Source: Geosiphon pyriformis uo1
Lineage: Eukaryota > Fungi > Glomeromycota
Direction: 5' to 3'
NCBI GenBank assembly: GCA_016748015.1
Contig: JAAOMT010000627.1
Location: 434,001-498,000 of the forward strand
Length of the DNA: 64,000 nt
Every line of letters starts with the position of its first letter. Position 1 is the stretch's first letter. The notes beneath the pieces were generated by a model. It did no database searches, had not been told where the DNA came from, and saw nothing but the letters and a program-made list of their open reading frames with translations. The position numbers were made by a program, and so were the translations under genes. Shown piece by piece: positions 51,116 through 64,000 of the stretch.

Positions 51116-51968
51116 TATTACTCATAGAATATAAGAAATATAGTATTATTAGTTAATAGATATTAGCCAATCAGATGTAGACGTAGTAAATGTGGAATTT
51201 CAAGATTCTTTTTAGAGGAATTGCAGGATTCCAGAAATTTCAGAATTCTCTGACAAGAAATCACAGGATTCCAGAATTCCAAGATTCCTCTTATCAAGAA
51301 TTGCAGAATTCCAGAAATTCCAGGATTCTTGTCATAAGAAATTGAAGAATTGAGGAATCTCAGATATGTATATATAGCAGTAGCATTAGAAGCAAAAAAG
51401 ACAGAATAGACACCAAGAGTTCTTAGCTTAGTTACTACAATCCTCAAATAAATAATTATTCACTATATCAAATTCACTTTTCACTATCAACACTTTATGT
51501 TGATAGTAATTAATACTTAACCACACTAGAACAATAGCTCTTAATCATGGCTATTGACAGGATACTAACTTGCAAATCACCTTGGCTTATTTCCTTATAT
51601 TTCTTTATTTTCTTTATGTTTCTTTGATTTTGCTATTGTGTACTAACCAATTGATTCAAAGTGCTGATTACTGACATTAAAGATTGCCTGGTAAAAGACC
51701 CCTGCAAGTGGGTAGAACATGTACAGAAGATATGGATTACTTACCAGAGGATTGTCAGCCACCAAGCTGAGAAAAAAATTAACAGACTTGCAAGTCTAAG
51801 AAGCTATAGATAAACAATTATTGAATCTCTGTCCATTATACAAAAGACTCATTTGGAAAACCTTTAGATACCAACTACTTAAAAATATTATCCACAATGT
51901 GAATAGCTTTTGAGCACCAAGTTATGGGTTTAGTATTCACTCAACACTCCAAAGACACACCTGTAACA
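51116..51968 (+). repeat. 5' LTR of element C
   Basis: TATTAC...GTAACA. CCAAT box, array of GAATT/GATTC motifs, TATA, AATAAA. Confidence 0.95.
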
Positions 51969-51970
51969 TT

Positions 51971-51987
51971 TGGTGCTCCCTGTGAGG
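51971..51987 (+). promoter_or_regulatory. Primer-binding site of C (probably elongator tRNA-Met)
   Basis: TGGTGCTCCCTGTGAGG directly after the 5' LTR. Confidence 0.72.
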
Positions 51988-54900
51988 TATAATCTTACAG
52001 AGAACCAACACCAACAAACACTATCCAAAAGAGACAGAATCAGAAAATATAAGAGCAAACCATTTAGGATTTGTGAAATTCTTATTTCAACATTATTGTC
52101 AACACTTAGGATTAAACCCCAATCATATATCTGCCAAATCAGTCTTTAATTTTTATGTCAACAAAAAAATTTTCTCTTTGTTAGGAACACTAGTGAATAC
52201 GGAATCAGCAAAGAAAACTTTCTACAGAAAATTAATTCAAAACACCAACCTACCAACAAATCATAATTTCGCATCTATTATCACTGAGATCAACAAAGAA
52301 ATTAAACATCACACCCAACAAAGATATCTGATTACATATGCTAGTAAAGACAAAAAAAAACTACAAACACCAGCAGTAACTCCCAGAAAAATACAACTAC
52401 CTACTTGGAAGAAAACAAGAGTTGAATCACCAACCAATCTATCTTATCACTATACACCTGGAAGCACCATCAACATTTTATCAACAGGCACATCCACATC
52501 AAACACAACATCAGCATTTGGACGATTCTCATTCCAAAGTAACCAAAGAAAAACAGAATTATTAGGACCATATGGCAAATACTTTGAAGGATTTAAATCG
52601 CAATCACCAACACCCTCAGGAATTTGATCACCACTGCCTCAACCAGACTTTGGAACCACTACCCCATGAGAACTATTTAAAGAAAAAGAAGAAGAAGAAT
52701 CAGAAGATTAAGAATTTACTTGCCAGAACCTGATCACTAAAAACCCGGAAGTTGAAACACTGAATCTTCAAACTCAGCAAAATTTAAATTTAAAAAACCC
52801 AGAAATCAAAACTCCGAATATTCAACCACCACCAAATCAGAACAATTAGAACCCCAATCTAATTAATCAACCAGACTTATCTCCTATTATTGTCATCTAC
52901 CCACCACCAGTTGAACTGATTGGCCAGCCACCACAACAATCACACCAGCAGATTCAACAACCACTAGTACTACTTCAACAACCACCACAACCCAACTTAG
53001 ATCCAATGGCATATGCACTGATAGCCAAACTCGAGAAATTTACTGGCGAAGAGAACAACACTCAAGCCTGGATCAACGACATCGCCAAAACAATTACTGC
53101 CAATAACTGAGATAATGCCAGAACCATGCAAGTCATCCCCTATTTTCTCAAAGACATGGCAGACTCTTGGTATCACAGTCTAGCCCAGAAACCTCAAAAC
53201 TTTAATGCCTTCAAATTAGAATTTTTGAGGTATTTTAATGATAACAACAGTATTAACCACTTGGCAAGTACTTTCACCACCATCAAACAAGAAGACACAG
53301 AAGCAGTCACTACTTACTTGAGATGCTTCCATAAAAATCTGCACCAAATTCAGGCAATTCAAGCTGACTACTTTATAGTGCCACAGATCTTGAACCAATT
53401 CATTCAAGGATTGCACAGTAACATTCTCCAGCAAGTATGTTCAATGCATCCAATTAATTTCCCAACCATCATAACTCATGCCAGAGATTTTGAAGCCACT
53501 GAATTAGAAGCTAATCATGCCCAAGCTGTGAATATAGTAATGAATAGATCATCTGACCTGGATTCCAAGCTAAAACAATTCAGTGACAACATCAATCAAA
53601 AATTGGAGGGCTACTTAGCTGACAATTGTGCAATTTATCAGCCACCCCAATGATGTAATGATTTAGGAAGCGTGAATTGTTTCCAGAATCAATCATGTCC
53701 AGGATTGTCTACTAATCAGTCATGACAGCCAGAAATGCATGTCTGCTACAACTGTGGTAAACAAGAGCATATTAAGACCAACTGCCATACTTATAGCAAC
53801 CCACAATCAGGAAACCATTATTGAAACCCCGATTGCCAGTTTTAGACTCCGAATTACCAATCCAATTAAGTGCAATATCAAAATGCTTACCTGCCTATGA
53901 TGCAGCCACCAATTTATCAGCCACCAATATATCAACCACCAATTTATCAGCCACAGCCACCAACAATTTATTAACCGCAGCCACAAGTCATTTATCAGCT
54001 GCAGCCTTAAGTAATTTATCAACCCCAACAAGTTCAAATGCCACACCAAAATTCAGCTATGATGATGTCAGGAAACCTGAGATCCAGAACCACCCAAAAC
54101 TGAAGATCAGCAATGGTCATTCATTAACCAATTTTCAGTTCATCAGGCCAACAATCAGGATCTTGTTAGCAAAATTCGGATATCAGTTTCACCCAAAACC
54201 CGAATTCCCAGAACTATTTAAGTCTCCTGGTTACTCCAGAAAATATTATCTCTAACAACCCAGAACTCGATTAACAACCAACAATACTTACCAACAACAA
54301 TCTACCAGCAATCATCACCAATGATGAATTGTTAGCAGCCATCTTTTTGTTTGAACTTGAGGAAGTTATGTCAGTCCCCTTATTCAATGAAGCAGCTCTG
54401 GAAGAAAAACCCATCACTGCTATATACACTAATACAAAAGTTGATGGCTACTCCATCAAGTTAATTCTTGACAGTGGTTCAGCAGACAGCATCATTACAT
54501 GACAACTCATGGATCAATTAGGTCACTGAGTTGATCAAGCTGTCAGTGCTAGAATCATTACTGCTAATGGCACCACAAAAATGCCTATTGGTGAAATCGA
54601 CGACTTCCCAATTGAAGTTAATGGCATCATTACTTCTATCAAAGTCTTAGTGATGGAGACAACCCAATACTAAGCACTAGTGGGCAATGATTGGTTGTCT
54701 AAAAACAATACTGTTCTCAACTGGATTACACAGGAGCTCCAGCTCAGCCAAAATGGCCAGCACATGCAAGTACCAGCAACGTGTAGCCATTTTAAACCTA
54801 ATAACGTCACGACATCAGCACTGCTTATCAACCTTGAGAAAAAACAACTAAAGTCTACTTGGAAGACATACCAAGTATCGTGAGCTGACGTTGACCACAA

Positions 54901-57900
54901 TGAACTGCTGTCAATACTCGCCTGGGATGACAATAACAATAAAAAGAAGGGACAAGAAAAAGAACCTACCAGTGGAACTACTATCGATACTTGGACTGAT
55001 GACAATGACCACCACGAGCTAACACCAATACTATCATGGGACAACAACTCCAAGGGAAAGCAAAGAGAGGAATTTATTTGGGAAATGGACGACCTGACCT
55101 AAACCGACAACAATGAAAGAGAACCAACACCAAGCTGAGAAGGGGAAGAAAGCAACAAAGGGAAAAGAAAAGTGAAAAAAGAAGAGCCACTGCCAACAAA
55201 CCCGTATACCTCCTGTCAACACACAACACCACAACAATTCACCTATTGCCGACCCAAACTAGTGTGCATCAATTGTGGCAAAAAATTGTTGTCAATGAGC
55301 GCATGCTGTGGCAACGACGAAGAGTATCAGACAGCAACCAAGTTTTATTGCTGCACATGTCTTGTCAAACACTTTGGAAGACCAAAATGAGTGGGAAAAT
55401 AAGATAATACATTATGTTTAGCCTGTGGAGAAACTCTCCTCAATGAAGAAATGTGAAATGACATTCCTGGAAAAAGAGGAATGTGCGATGTTTTCTGCCA
55501 ATACACAATCCTCATCAGCAATTGGATCAAGAAAGGAACACCAATAGAAGCTGCTTAGAGAAGAGCTGTACAGTGATTGGACAGCTGTCCACACAACAAT
55601 AATGAATTATGGCAAATGGCAATCACCAAAATTGAAGGTGTGTCATCAGAAGAAATCAAGACAATTAAAAACAACCCATCAAAACCCATCGAGCTTGACT
55701 GGGACACAGAGCCAGTCATAAATTTTCTGGAACCAAAAAAGTTCTATGAATACTACCAAAACTTGACACCCATTAGAGAGGAGCAAGAATAATGGCTAGC
55801 ACAGTTGAATACAAGACTGTGTTATCATTGTTTAATTCTCAGTGACTTTGAATATTGTAACAATTGTGATCTCATTTACAATCCACCACCATGCATGATC
55901 TACACAATTCCCAAAGAGGAAGAACCAATCAGCAGATGCGCATCGAAATCGGAATCACCATTCAATCCCAATTTAAACTCTGACAATGACGACAATGAGA
56001 ATAACAGTTCCAGTTCCATTCAAAATGACAATAACAATGACAATGATATTAACTCAGATTCAAATTCTAACTTAAACTATGAACAATATATCGCGCTTCC
56101 TGACCTCACCAAAAAACAAGAGCTGAAATGGTTCAGCAATAATAATAAAAATATTATGCCAGAATGTGTGCATGATATTGATGCCAAATTTGACTTGAGG
56201 TATCCAGGAAAAGATGCCATCAAACTAGAACCACATTTGTGCACCTGCATTGATCTAAAAATAGTACTGGAAATCTCAGCAACAACAATGGTTCAATTAG
56301 TATCCTAGAGTAGTTTAGCAAAAAGAGAGATTAATATAAAAGGAGGAATAATTGACACAGGATATGTAAGAAATATTATTGCCATGCTACAAAATGACTC
56401 AGAAAAGGCCTATATAATAGAGCCAAACAAAAAAATAGCACAAGCAATATTTTTACCTTTGGTCAAGATAGCTCAGTTAGTACCAGTAGGAAATAGGGAA
56501 GAGTTAGGAATAACAGCAAGAGGGATACAAGAATTTGAGTTAACAGGTAAAATAGATGTATTAGTTAATATAGTGAAGAAAGAAATTGTTGGCCAAGGAG
56601 AAATTATCTCAACTGGTCAAGCTATTTGTATTCCACCATATAGCCAGTACATGCTAGCAATAGAAAGGAAAAAAAAGGAACAAGAACAGATTTTTGAGGC
56701 TGAAGCAAACCTTTGTAAATTAAAAGAGATTGGGCTGATCAATCTCTACATACTAGCCAAAAGCTATAGCTGCATAAAAATCCCCATCTACAACAACACT
56801 GGCAATATCATCAACATACCAGAAAGAACCACCATCGGATATTTAACCACAGAAATAGAAGACCAAACCCCAAACCCCATTTCAAACTTTCTACAACTTT
56901 GTGGATATGTCGATATCACATCACAAACAATCTATGGACAAAACAAATGTTATTTGCTCCAACCAGACCAATTAGAACAAATGAACATGAGAAATCTGGA
57001 CCCACTACAACATATGCAGCTCAAGATATTACTCAACAATTTTAATGACATTTTTGCCAGCGAAAATGAATTTGGTAGAACTGACATCATTCAACATCAA
57101 ATTAAGACTGGAGATGCAATGCCAATCAAACAGCGAACATACAGGGTACCACCAGCCAGTCATGAAATCATTCATCAAGAGATCAATCAAATGCTTGACA
57201 ATGGGCTAATCCAGCTGTCTATGAGTCTATGGTCATCACCAGTAGTACTCATCCAGAAAAAAAATGGGAAAATCCGCTTTTGTGTGGATTATAGAAAACT
57301 CAATGGAGTAACTCATAGAGATAATTACCTCATTCCACAAATCCAAGAATTATTCGATGCTTTCGGTGAAAACAAATGGTTTTCAACATTAGACCTGGAC
57401 AGTAGTTACTGGCAAGTAGCCATGGATTCAGCCGACAAAGAAAAGACAGCATTTATCACTAAAAAAGGGAATTTTGAATTTAAAGTAATGCTATTTGGCT
57501 TAACCAACACACCAGCCACTTTCCAATGGTTAATGGAAATTGTTTATACTGGCTTATTATGAAAATCAGTAGTTGTATACTTGGACAACACCAATGTATT
57601 CTTAAAAACATTTGATGATTATTTTCATCATCTTCAACAAGTGTTCGAAAGATTAAGAAGAGCAGAACTAAAGTTAAATGCAACAAAGTGTTTTTTTGAC
57701 AAGACAGAACTAAAATTCTTGGGACACATAGTTAGCAAAGATGGCATCAAAACGGATCCAGAGAAAATAGAGATAGTAAAGAACTTTCCAGTGCTGACCA
57801 ATATGACAGAACTGAAATCATTCTTGAGATTTGTCAGCTATTATCAATGTTTTATCAAGAACTTTTTCAAGATAGCACAGCCACTCAACCAACTGCAAAC

Positions 57901-59826
57901 CAAGAATACAAAATATGAATAGACAGAAAGTCAGCAAGAAGCTTTTGATATTCTGAAAAGAAAGCTCATTCAAGCTCCAGTACTGATCTATCCAGATCAC
58001 AGCAAACCATTCATCATCACCACCGATGCATCCAGCCAAGTATTGGGAGTAGTACTATCTCAGAGAGGACCAGATGACAGAGAACATTCAGTAGCATAAG
58101 CCAGCAGAGGTTTAATACCAGCCAAAAAGAACTATAGAACACTAGAACAAGAACACTTAGCAATATACTGGGCAGTCATAAAATAGAAAGAATACTTGAG
58201 CCAGAAGTTTGAAGTATACACAGATCACAAAGGACTAACATCACTTCAAAAACAAGAATTTGGAGATGGAAGACAGTCAAAATAGAAAATGATACTTGTA
58301 CCATATAATTATACTATACATTATAAAAAGGGAAAAGACAACGGAAATGCTGACAGTTTGTTGTGAATAAGACAAATTTAAGAACATTTCAACCCAAAAA
58401 TATAACAAAACCAGAACAATACCAATGAAAAATATAACAAAAAGATAAACATACAAAAATATCAACAACTACAACATTATATAAACACTCAACAGTTCAA
58501 GGGAATTTATCTCAAATGGAACAAAAGAGTATTGAACAACAATCAAAATATTTTATTATTCACCAAAATATACTTTATTGGAAAAATAGAAGAGATCTAG
58601 AGCAACCAACCAGAGTAATTACAGAACTAGAAAAAGAGACAATATTATTCAACATGTACTCAAATCCAACAGCAGGATACTTTTACAAAGAAGCAACCAT
58701 GGAAAGAACCAGAAAAAAATACTATTGGCCATCAATGTATCCAGACATCATCCAATATGTTCAAAATTGTGATGCTTGTCAGTGAAAAGGAGGTATGAAA
58801 TCCAGTAAACCATTAAGACCAATTAAAGTGGGACAACCATTTGACTATATTGGAATTGATTTAGTTGGACCATTAACAATCACCAACAGAGGAAACAGGT
58901 ACATAGCAGTAGCCATAGACTATCTCACTAAATGGCCAGAGGCGAAAGCAATTCAAAGAGCAGATGCAGAATCCGTTGCCAAATTTGTTTATTAAGATTT
59001 AATTTGTCGACATAGATGTCCAAAGGAATTATTATTAGACCAAAGAATTCATTTTGTGAACAAAACATTAACAGAATTGAGCCAAAGATTTGGAATTAAG
59101 AGACCACTATCATCACCATATCATTCACAAACCAATGGATTAGTCAAAAGATTCAACAGAACATTGTGTAAAGCAATAGCTAAGCTCAGCCAAAAAAACC
59201 AGAATGATTGGGATTTGTTGATACCATCAGTACTATTTGCTTATCAGACAATGAAGCAAGATACCACACAAGCAACACTATTTGAATTAGTATATAGTAG
59301 AACAGCAACACTACTAGTGGAAATAGAAGTCAGCACATACCCAACTGAACCAATAACAAAAGAAAATTTCAAAAACACATTGTTGAGAAAAACATATAAC
59401 TTAATAGAAACATTAGAAAATAAACAAAGAAGAGCAGCTAATAACATACAAAGATCACAAGAGAAACAAAAAGAAAGACATGATAACCAACTACCAGATA
59501 AACCAGTTGAATTCAAGATTGAAGACAAAGTATTACTACATTATACCAAAGTAGAAAAACAATAGAGTGGAAAATTCGACCCTAAATGGGACAGACCATT
59601 TCACATAAAAAAAATTCTAGGAAATAGAGCTTACAAATTAAGATTGAATAACAAAATCTTGACCAAAGCAGCACATGGAGATCGACTGAAACCATACCAC
59701 CATATAGTATTATCATCCACCAGTAATATTTCACAATTAAGAGTACAGAGAATACTAGTTTAACCAGATAAGATTCCATGAGATCTGGAACCAATCATTA
59801 TCATTGACAACAACACATTCAATTGA
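51988..59826 (+). pseudogene. gag-pol pseudogene of C
   Basis: N-terminal domain (52073-), capsid from ATG 53006, CYNCGKQEH knuckle (~53743), protease LILDSGS (~54465), Cys-rich domain (55260-55880), dUTPase (56155-56550), RT YLDN (~57580), RNase H TDAS (~58022), integrase IGIDLVGP (~58850). Many premature stops. Confidence 0.93.
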
Positions 59827-59879
59827 TCGACAAAAGAATATATAAGAACATGGTCGACGCAACAGAAGAGATCAGAAAA

Positions 59880-60509
59880 ATAGAAATTACAGACAATATC
59901 TATTCACTAGCCCAATAAATTTTTCAATTAATACAACACTAGGAGATAGAAATTACAATCAATCAACAAACCATTTGTTACAAAAATACGGCAAAGATAC
60001 CACAAAACAAAACACAGAAAAAACTTAAAAATGTTGTTGACAAGATCATAACCAAGATAAAATTGGCCATAAAAGAACAACAAATAGTCAGATTACACCA
60101 AAAACTTACCAGAGAAACTTGGACTTGGTGGACGCAACAATTTCCAAAAAACTATTGTCATTTTCACTTGGAACAACATGTAAATATCCAGAATTTGTAC
60201 ACCGATAAAACAAAATAGTTATTTGACACAACAATACTGAGACAACTGGAACAATTTGTGGGAAAGAACAATCTAACCACACAAGCTCAAGCTATTTACC
60301 AGCTATATATGAGATTTCAAGACTGACCAGAAATCTTACTCAACACAGCAATGGATACAGTTACAAGTAATCAATTAGGAAAAATGACCAATGCTCAATT
60401 TGAAGAACTACAAACTAAAATAACACAAGTAATACTCGAAAAAGAAGTTCAAGAAATAATTCAAGAAGAAGAATTAAAGGAATTAGATTTTGATGGAGCT
60501 CAATATTAA
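59880..60509 (+). pseudogene. ORF3 (unknown accessory protein) of element C
   Basis: 210 codons. Start is ATA, probably an eroded ATG; an in-frame ATG also lies at 59850. Motifs FPKNYCHFHL, LRQLEQFVGK, DFDGAQY*. Three premature stops of the CAA/CAG>TAR type and one TGA. Confidence 0.75.
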
Positions 60510-60522
60510 AAAAAGAGAATAA

Positions 60523-61375
60523 TATTACTTATAGAATATTGGAAATATAGTATTATTAGTCAGTAGATATTAGCCAATCAGATGTAAACATAGTAAATGT
60601 GGAATTCCAAGATTCTTCTCAAAGGAATTGCAGGATTCCAGGAATTTCAGGATTCTCCAACAAAGAATCACAGAATTTCAGAATTCCAAGATTCCTCTCA
60701 TCAGGAATTACAGAATTCTAAGAATTCCAGGATTTCTGTCACAAGAAATTGAGGAATTGAAGAATCTCAGATATGTATATATAGCAGTAGTATTAGAAAC
60801 AGAAAAGACAAAATGGACACCAAGAGTTCTTAGCTTAGTTATCACAATCTTCAAATAAATAATTATTCACTATATCAAATTCACTTTTCACTATCAACAC
60901 TTCATGTTGATAGTAATTGATACTTAACCACACTAGAACAATAGCTCTTGATCATGGCTATTGACGGGATACTAACTTGCAAATCACCTTGGCTTATTTC
61001 CTTATATTTCTTTATTTTCTTTATGTTTCTTTGATTTCGCTATCGTGCACTAACCAATTGATTCAAAGTGCTAATTACTGATGTCAAAAATTACCTGGTA
61101 AAAGACCCCTGCGAGTGGGTAGAACACATACAAAAGATATAGATTACTTACTAGAGGATTGCCGGCCACTAAGCTAAGAAAAAAATTGACAGACTTGCGA
61201 GTTTGAGAAGTTACGGATAATCAACTATTGAATTTCTGTTCATTATACAAAGGACTCATTTGAAAAACCTTCAGATACCAACTACTTAAAAATATTATCC
61301 ACAATGCAAATAGCTTTTAAGCACTAAGTTACAGGTTTAGTATTTACTCAACATCCCAAAAACACACCTGTAACA
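60523..61375 (+). repeat. 3' LTR of element C
   Basis: Direct repeat of 51116-51968, followed by TSD ACAT. Confidence 0.95.
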
Positions 61376-61403
61376 ACATCTATGCTAACAAATACATTAC
61401 CAC

Positions 61404-62008
61404 TGTTACCAGCAGAATTTTAGCTATTAATTAGCATGAAATTACCCTTATAATTTCTATAATTCATTAGTATATTAATATCATTTCAAATTATCATTTA
61501 TTATTTAATCAATTATCACATATCATGATTTAATTAAAATAATCTAATTAGTATAACAGAAAATAAGATGATCAAATTACACAATATCCTGAACTTTGTA
61601 ACATTTAAAAATTCACCGAAATTTACAGAAATTTGCTGAAATTTATAAGAAATTCGCCGAAATTATGAATAGTTCACCCAAATTAATCAATAGTTCAAAA
61701 TAACTTATAGTTCATCAAAATGTATCTTTAGTTTGCCAGAATTTGGGCAAAGAGAAAAAGTGCAAGTTTATAAACTAGTACTACAACAAGTTGTATAAAA
61801 GAAGAGCTTTTCTCTTCTGAAAAATGTATCTTACTTTAGATTTATCTCTTAAAGACTGTTCTTATACACAGAAAAAGAAATAAAATATCAAATAATTTGA
61901 AAAACCAAATTCTTTAATTATTGTACTTGGAAAAACCCCCAAAAACCCAACTAACATTTCGAAATTGATTAGCTACCAATTTCAGTAAACTGTTAGTGAC
62001 TCCAGGCC
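61404..62008. repeat. Probable LTR of a fourth element (D), running into the gap
   Basis: Starts TGTTAC exactly where LINE homology stops. Short tandem AAATTCRCCGAAATT-like motifs at ~61610-61670. The other end is not visible. Confidence 0.55.
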
Positions 62009-62983
62009 NNNNNNNNNNNNNNNNNNNNNNNNNNNNNNNNNNNNNNNNNNNNNNNNNNNNNNNNNNNNNNNNNNNNNNNNNNNNNNNNNNNNNNNNNNNN
62101 NNNNNNNNNNNNNNNNNNNNNNNNNNNNNNNNNNNNNNNNNNNNNNNNNNNNNNNNNNNNNNNNNNNNNNNNNNNNNNNNNNNNNNNNNNNNNNNNNNNN
62201 NNNNNNNNNNNNNNNNNNNNNNNNNNNNNNNNNNNNNNNNNNNNNNNNNNNNNNNNNNNNNNNNNNNNNNNNNNNNNNNNNNNNNNNNNNNNNNNNNNNN
62301 NNNNNNNNNNNNNNNNNNNNNNNNNNNNNNNNNNNNNNNNNNNNNNNNNNNNNNNNNNNNNNNNNNNNNNNNNNNNNNNNNNNNNNNNNNNNNNNNNNNN
62401 NNNNNNNNNNNNNNNNNNNNNNNNNNNNNNNNNNNNNNNNNNNNNNNNNNNNNNNNNNNNNNNNNNNNNNNNNNNNNNNNNNNNNNNNNNNNNNNNNNNN
62501 NNNNNNNNNNNNNNNNNNNNNNNNNNNNNNNNNNNNNNNNNNNNNNNNNNNNNNNNNNNNNNNNNNNNNNNNNNNNNNNNNNNNNNNNNNNNNNNNNNNN
62601 NNNNNNNNNNNNNNNNNNNNNNNNNNNNNNNNNNNNNNNNNNNNNNNNNNNNNNNNNNNNNNNNNNNNNNNNNNNNNNNNNNNNNNNNNNNNNNNNNNNN
62701 NNNNNNNNNNNNNNNNNNNNNNNNNNNNNNNNNNNNNNNNNNNNNNNNNNNNNNNNNNNNNNNNNNNNNNNNNNNNNNNNNNNNNNNNNNNNNNNNNNNN
62801 NNNNNNNNNNNNNNNNNNNNNNNNNNNNNNNNNNNNNNNNNNNNNNNNNNNNNNNNNNNNNNNNNNNNNNNNNNNNNNNNNNNNNNNNNNNNNNNNNNNN
62901 NNNNNNNNNNNNNNNNNNNNNNNNNNNNNNNNNNNNNNNNNNNNNNNNNNNNNNNNNNNNNNNNNNNNNNNNNNNNNNNNNNN
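62009..62983. other. Assembly gap (975 N)
   Basis: Run of N. Confidence 1.
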
Positions 62984-64000
62984 TTTATAGCAGGGTTAAA
63001 AGACAAACTGATTAAGAAAGTCTGTCCACATGCTTCAGCAGACTTAGCAACTGCTATTAGACATGCAAAGAGCTATGAAATGGCAATGGAAGAAGCAAAT
63101 CACACCAAGCTTGTAAATCTTGCAATTGGAAAAACCAGCTCAGCAGCTGAAAAGAAGATAGACCAACTCACAAAAAAAGTTGAAAGCTACTTCACAAACC
63201 AACAACAACAGCAACAACAACCACAAAGATATCAACCCTCACAACGATGTAACCAAAACAATTTTGGATCATCATCCAACAACCAATCTCAAACTTGTCA
63301 TTATTGTGGAATTTTAGGGCACTGGAAATGAGATTGTAAGAAATTACAAAGAGACCAACAAAACAGGAGTAATCAACATTACTCTTCACCACAACAATCC
63401 TATTATCAATCTTTACCACCAACTTATTATTTACCAAGACCACAAAATCAAAACAGTTACTATCCACCAGCTCCACAATCAATGCAGCAACAATATCAGC
63501 AATCTTTACCAATTCAGCCATATCAGACACCACCCACTCAACAATATCAAGTACCAGCAAGAAGATTGGTTCTACATAACCAATCCACACCCCAAAATCA
63601 ATTGCAGAATAACCACAACAGAATCAATTCAAATAACCAGTTGGTTCCCCGAAATTTGGGTCAGCAAAGACCCAATCACTATTACACTCAACCCAGTTAT
63701 CTTACAATACCAGAGGAATCAGATTTTCAACAAACTGCACTTTTTGAAGATGAAGTTGCAGTGCTAAGATCAAACTCTTCCAACCACACCATTCCACCAG
63801 CTCAAATTGCCAAAATGCTAATCTGTCAGATATATTTCCATTTGAATTTGAAGCAAATGAATCACCATTTCTGCTTAGTAATGCAGCAATCAATGAACAG
63901 AAAGCAATTACTGCCATGTACACAGAAGCTACAGTAGAAGGAAAACCCATTCGCTCAATTTTAAATAGTAGATTAGCTGGAAGTATTATTACTTACCAGC
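62984..64000 (+). pseudogene. Ty3/Gypsy gag C-terminus and protease start (element D or another element)
   Basis: FIAGLKDKL...AKSYEMAMEEANH, knuckle CHYCGILGHWK, Q/P-rich linker, AMYTEATVEGKPIRSILNS (eroded ILDSG). Confidence 0.85.

Larger units (their letters stand above)
51116..61375 (+). mobile_element. Ty3/Gypsy LTR retrotransposon C (uninterrupted, 10.26 kb, with dUTPase and ORF3)
   Basis: LTRs 51116-51968 and 60523-61375 (both 853 bp). TSD ACAT (51112-51115 / 61376-61379). PBS 51971-51987, PPT 60508-60519. Confidence 0.95.
50975..61403 (-). mobile_element. LINE 3' end split by element C (50975-51115 plus 61380-61403) and cut by LTR D
   Basis: T-tract 50975-50981 and family 3' UTR. The joined sequence reads ...GNVFVSIDV*, matching ...SSVRVIIDV* at 445. 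Confidence 0.8.

Noticed and set aside
51190-51365. Periodic short repeats resembling a CRISPR array or NF-kB sites
   Set aside because: There are no unique spacers, the context is eukaryotic, and they are U3 tandem motifs duplicated in both LTRs.
53821-54255. 144-aa Ser/Thr/Ala-rich ORF that looks mucin-like
   Set aside because: It is an alternative frame of the QPPIY/QPQ repeats in the Gag-protease linker.
53650-54300. Programmed gag-pol frameshift
   Set aside because: Manual translation of C appears to run from knuckle to protease in one frame, apart from point-mutation stops. No slippery site is needed.
61993-63015. Two long ORFs (337 and 339 aa) in the ORF track
   Set aside because: They are artefacts of the 975-N assembly gap.

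Overview
AT-rich eukaryotic, probably fungal, DNA. The intron style and repeat proteins resemble what I recall of Glomeromycotina/Mucoromycota, but the species cannot be confirmed from the sequence. About 85% of the window is decayed retrotransposons around three intact spliced genes: a UBL3/MUB-like ubiquitin-fold CAAX protein (+), a PIH1/Nop17 co-chaperone (-) and palA/RIM20 (+). There are three complete Ty3/Gypsy elements with paired LTRs, PBS, PPT and 4-bp TSDs: A (11215-30887), B (14824-24414, nested antisense in A) and C (51116-61375). There is also a partial fourth element (D, crossing an assembly gap) and two isolated LTRs. A, B and C share an unusual layout: an extra N-terminal domain, Gag, protease, a Cys-rich domain, a dUTPase, a possible second dUTPase-like domain, RT, RNase H and integrase. 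This is followed by a separate conserved ~210-240 aa ORF3 with its own TATA box, ending at the PPT. The LTR elements sit mostly inside LINE-like elements (APE, RT, RNase H, CCHC). A second, ORF1-only (HAL1-like) family carries the same 3' UTR as those LINEs. Nearly all repeats show heavy C>T/G>A (RIP-like) mutation that stops at the host genes. All alignments were done by eye.
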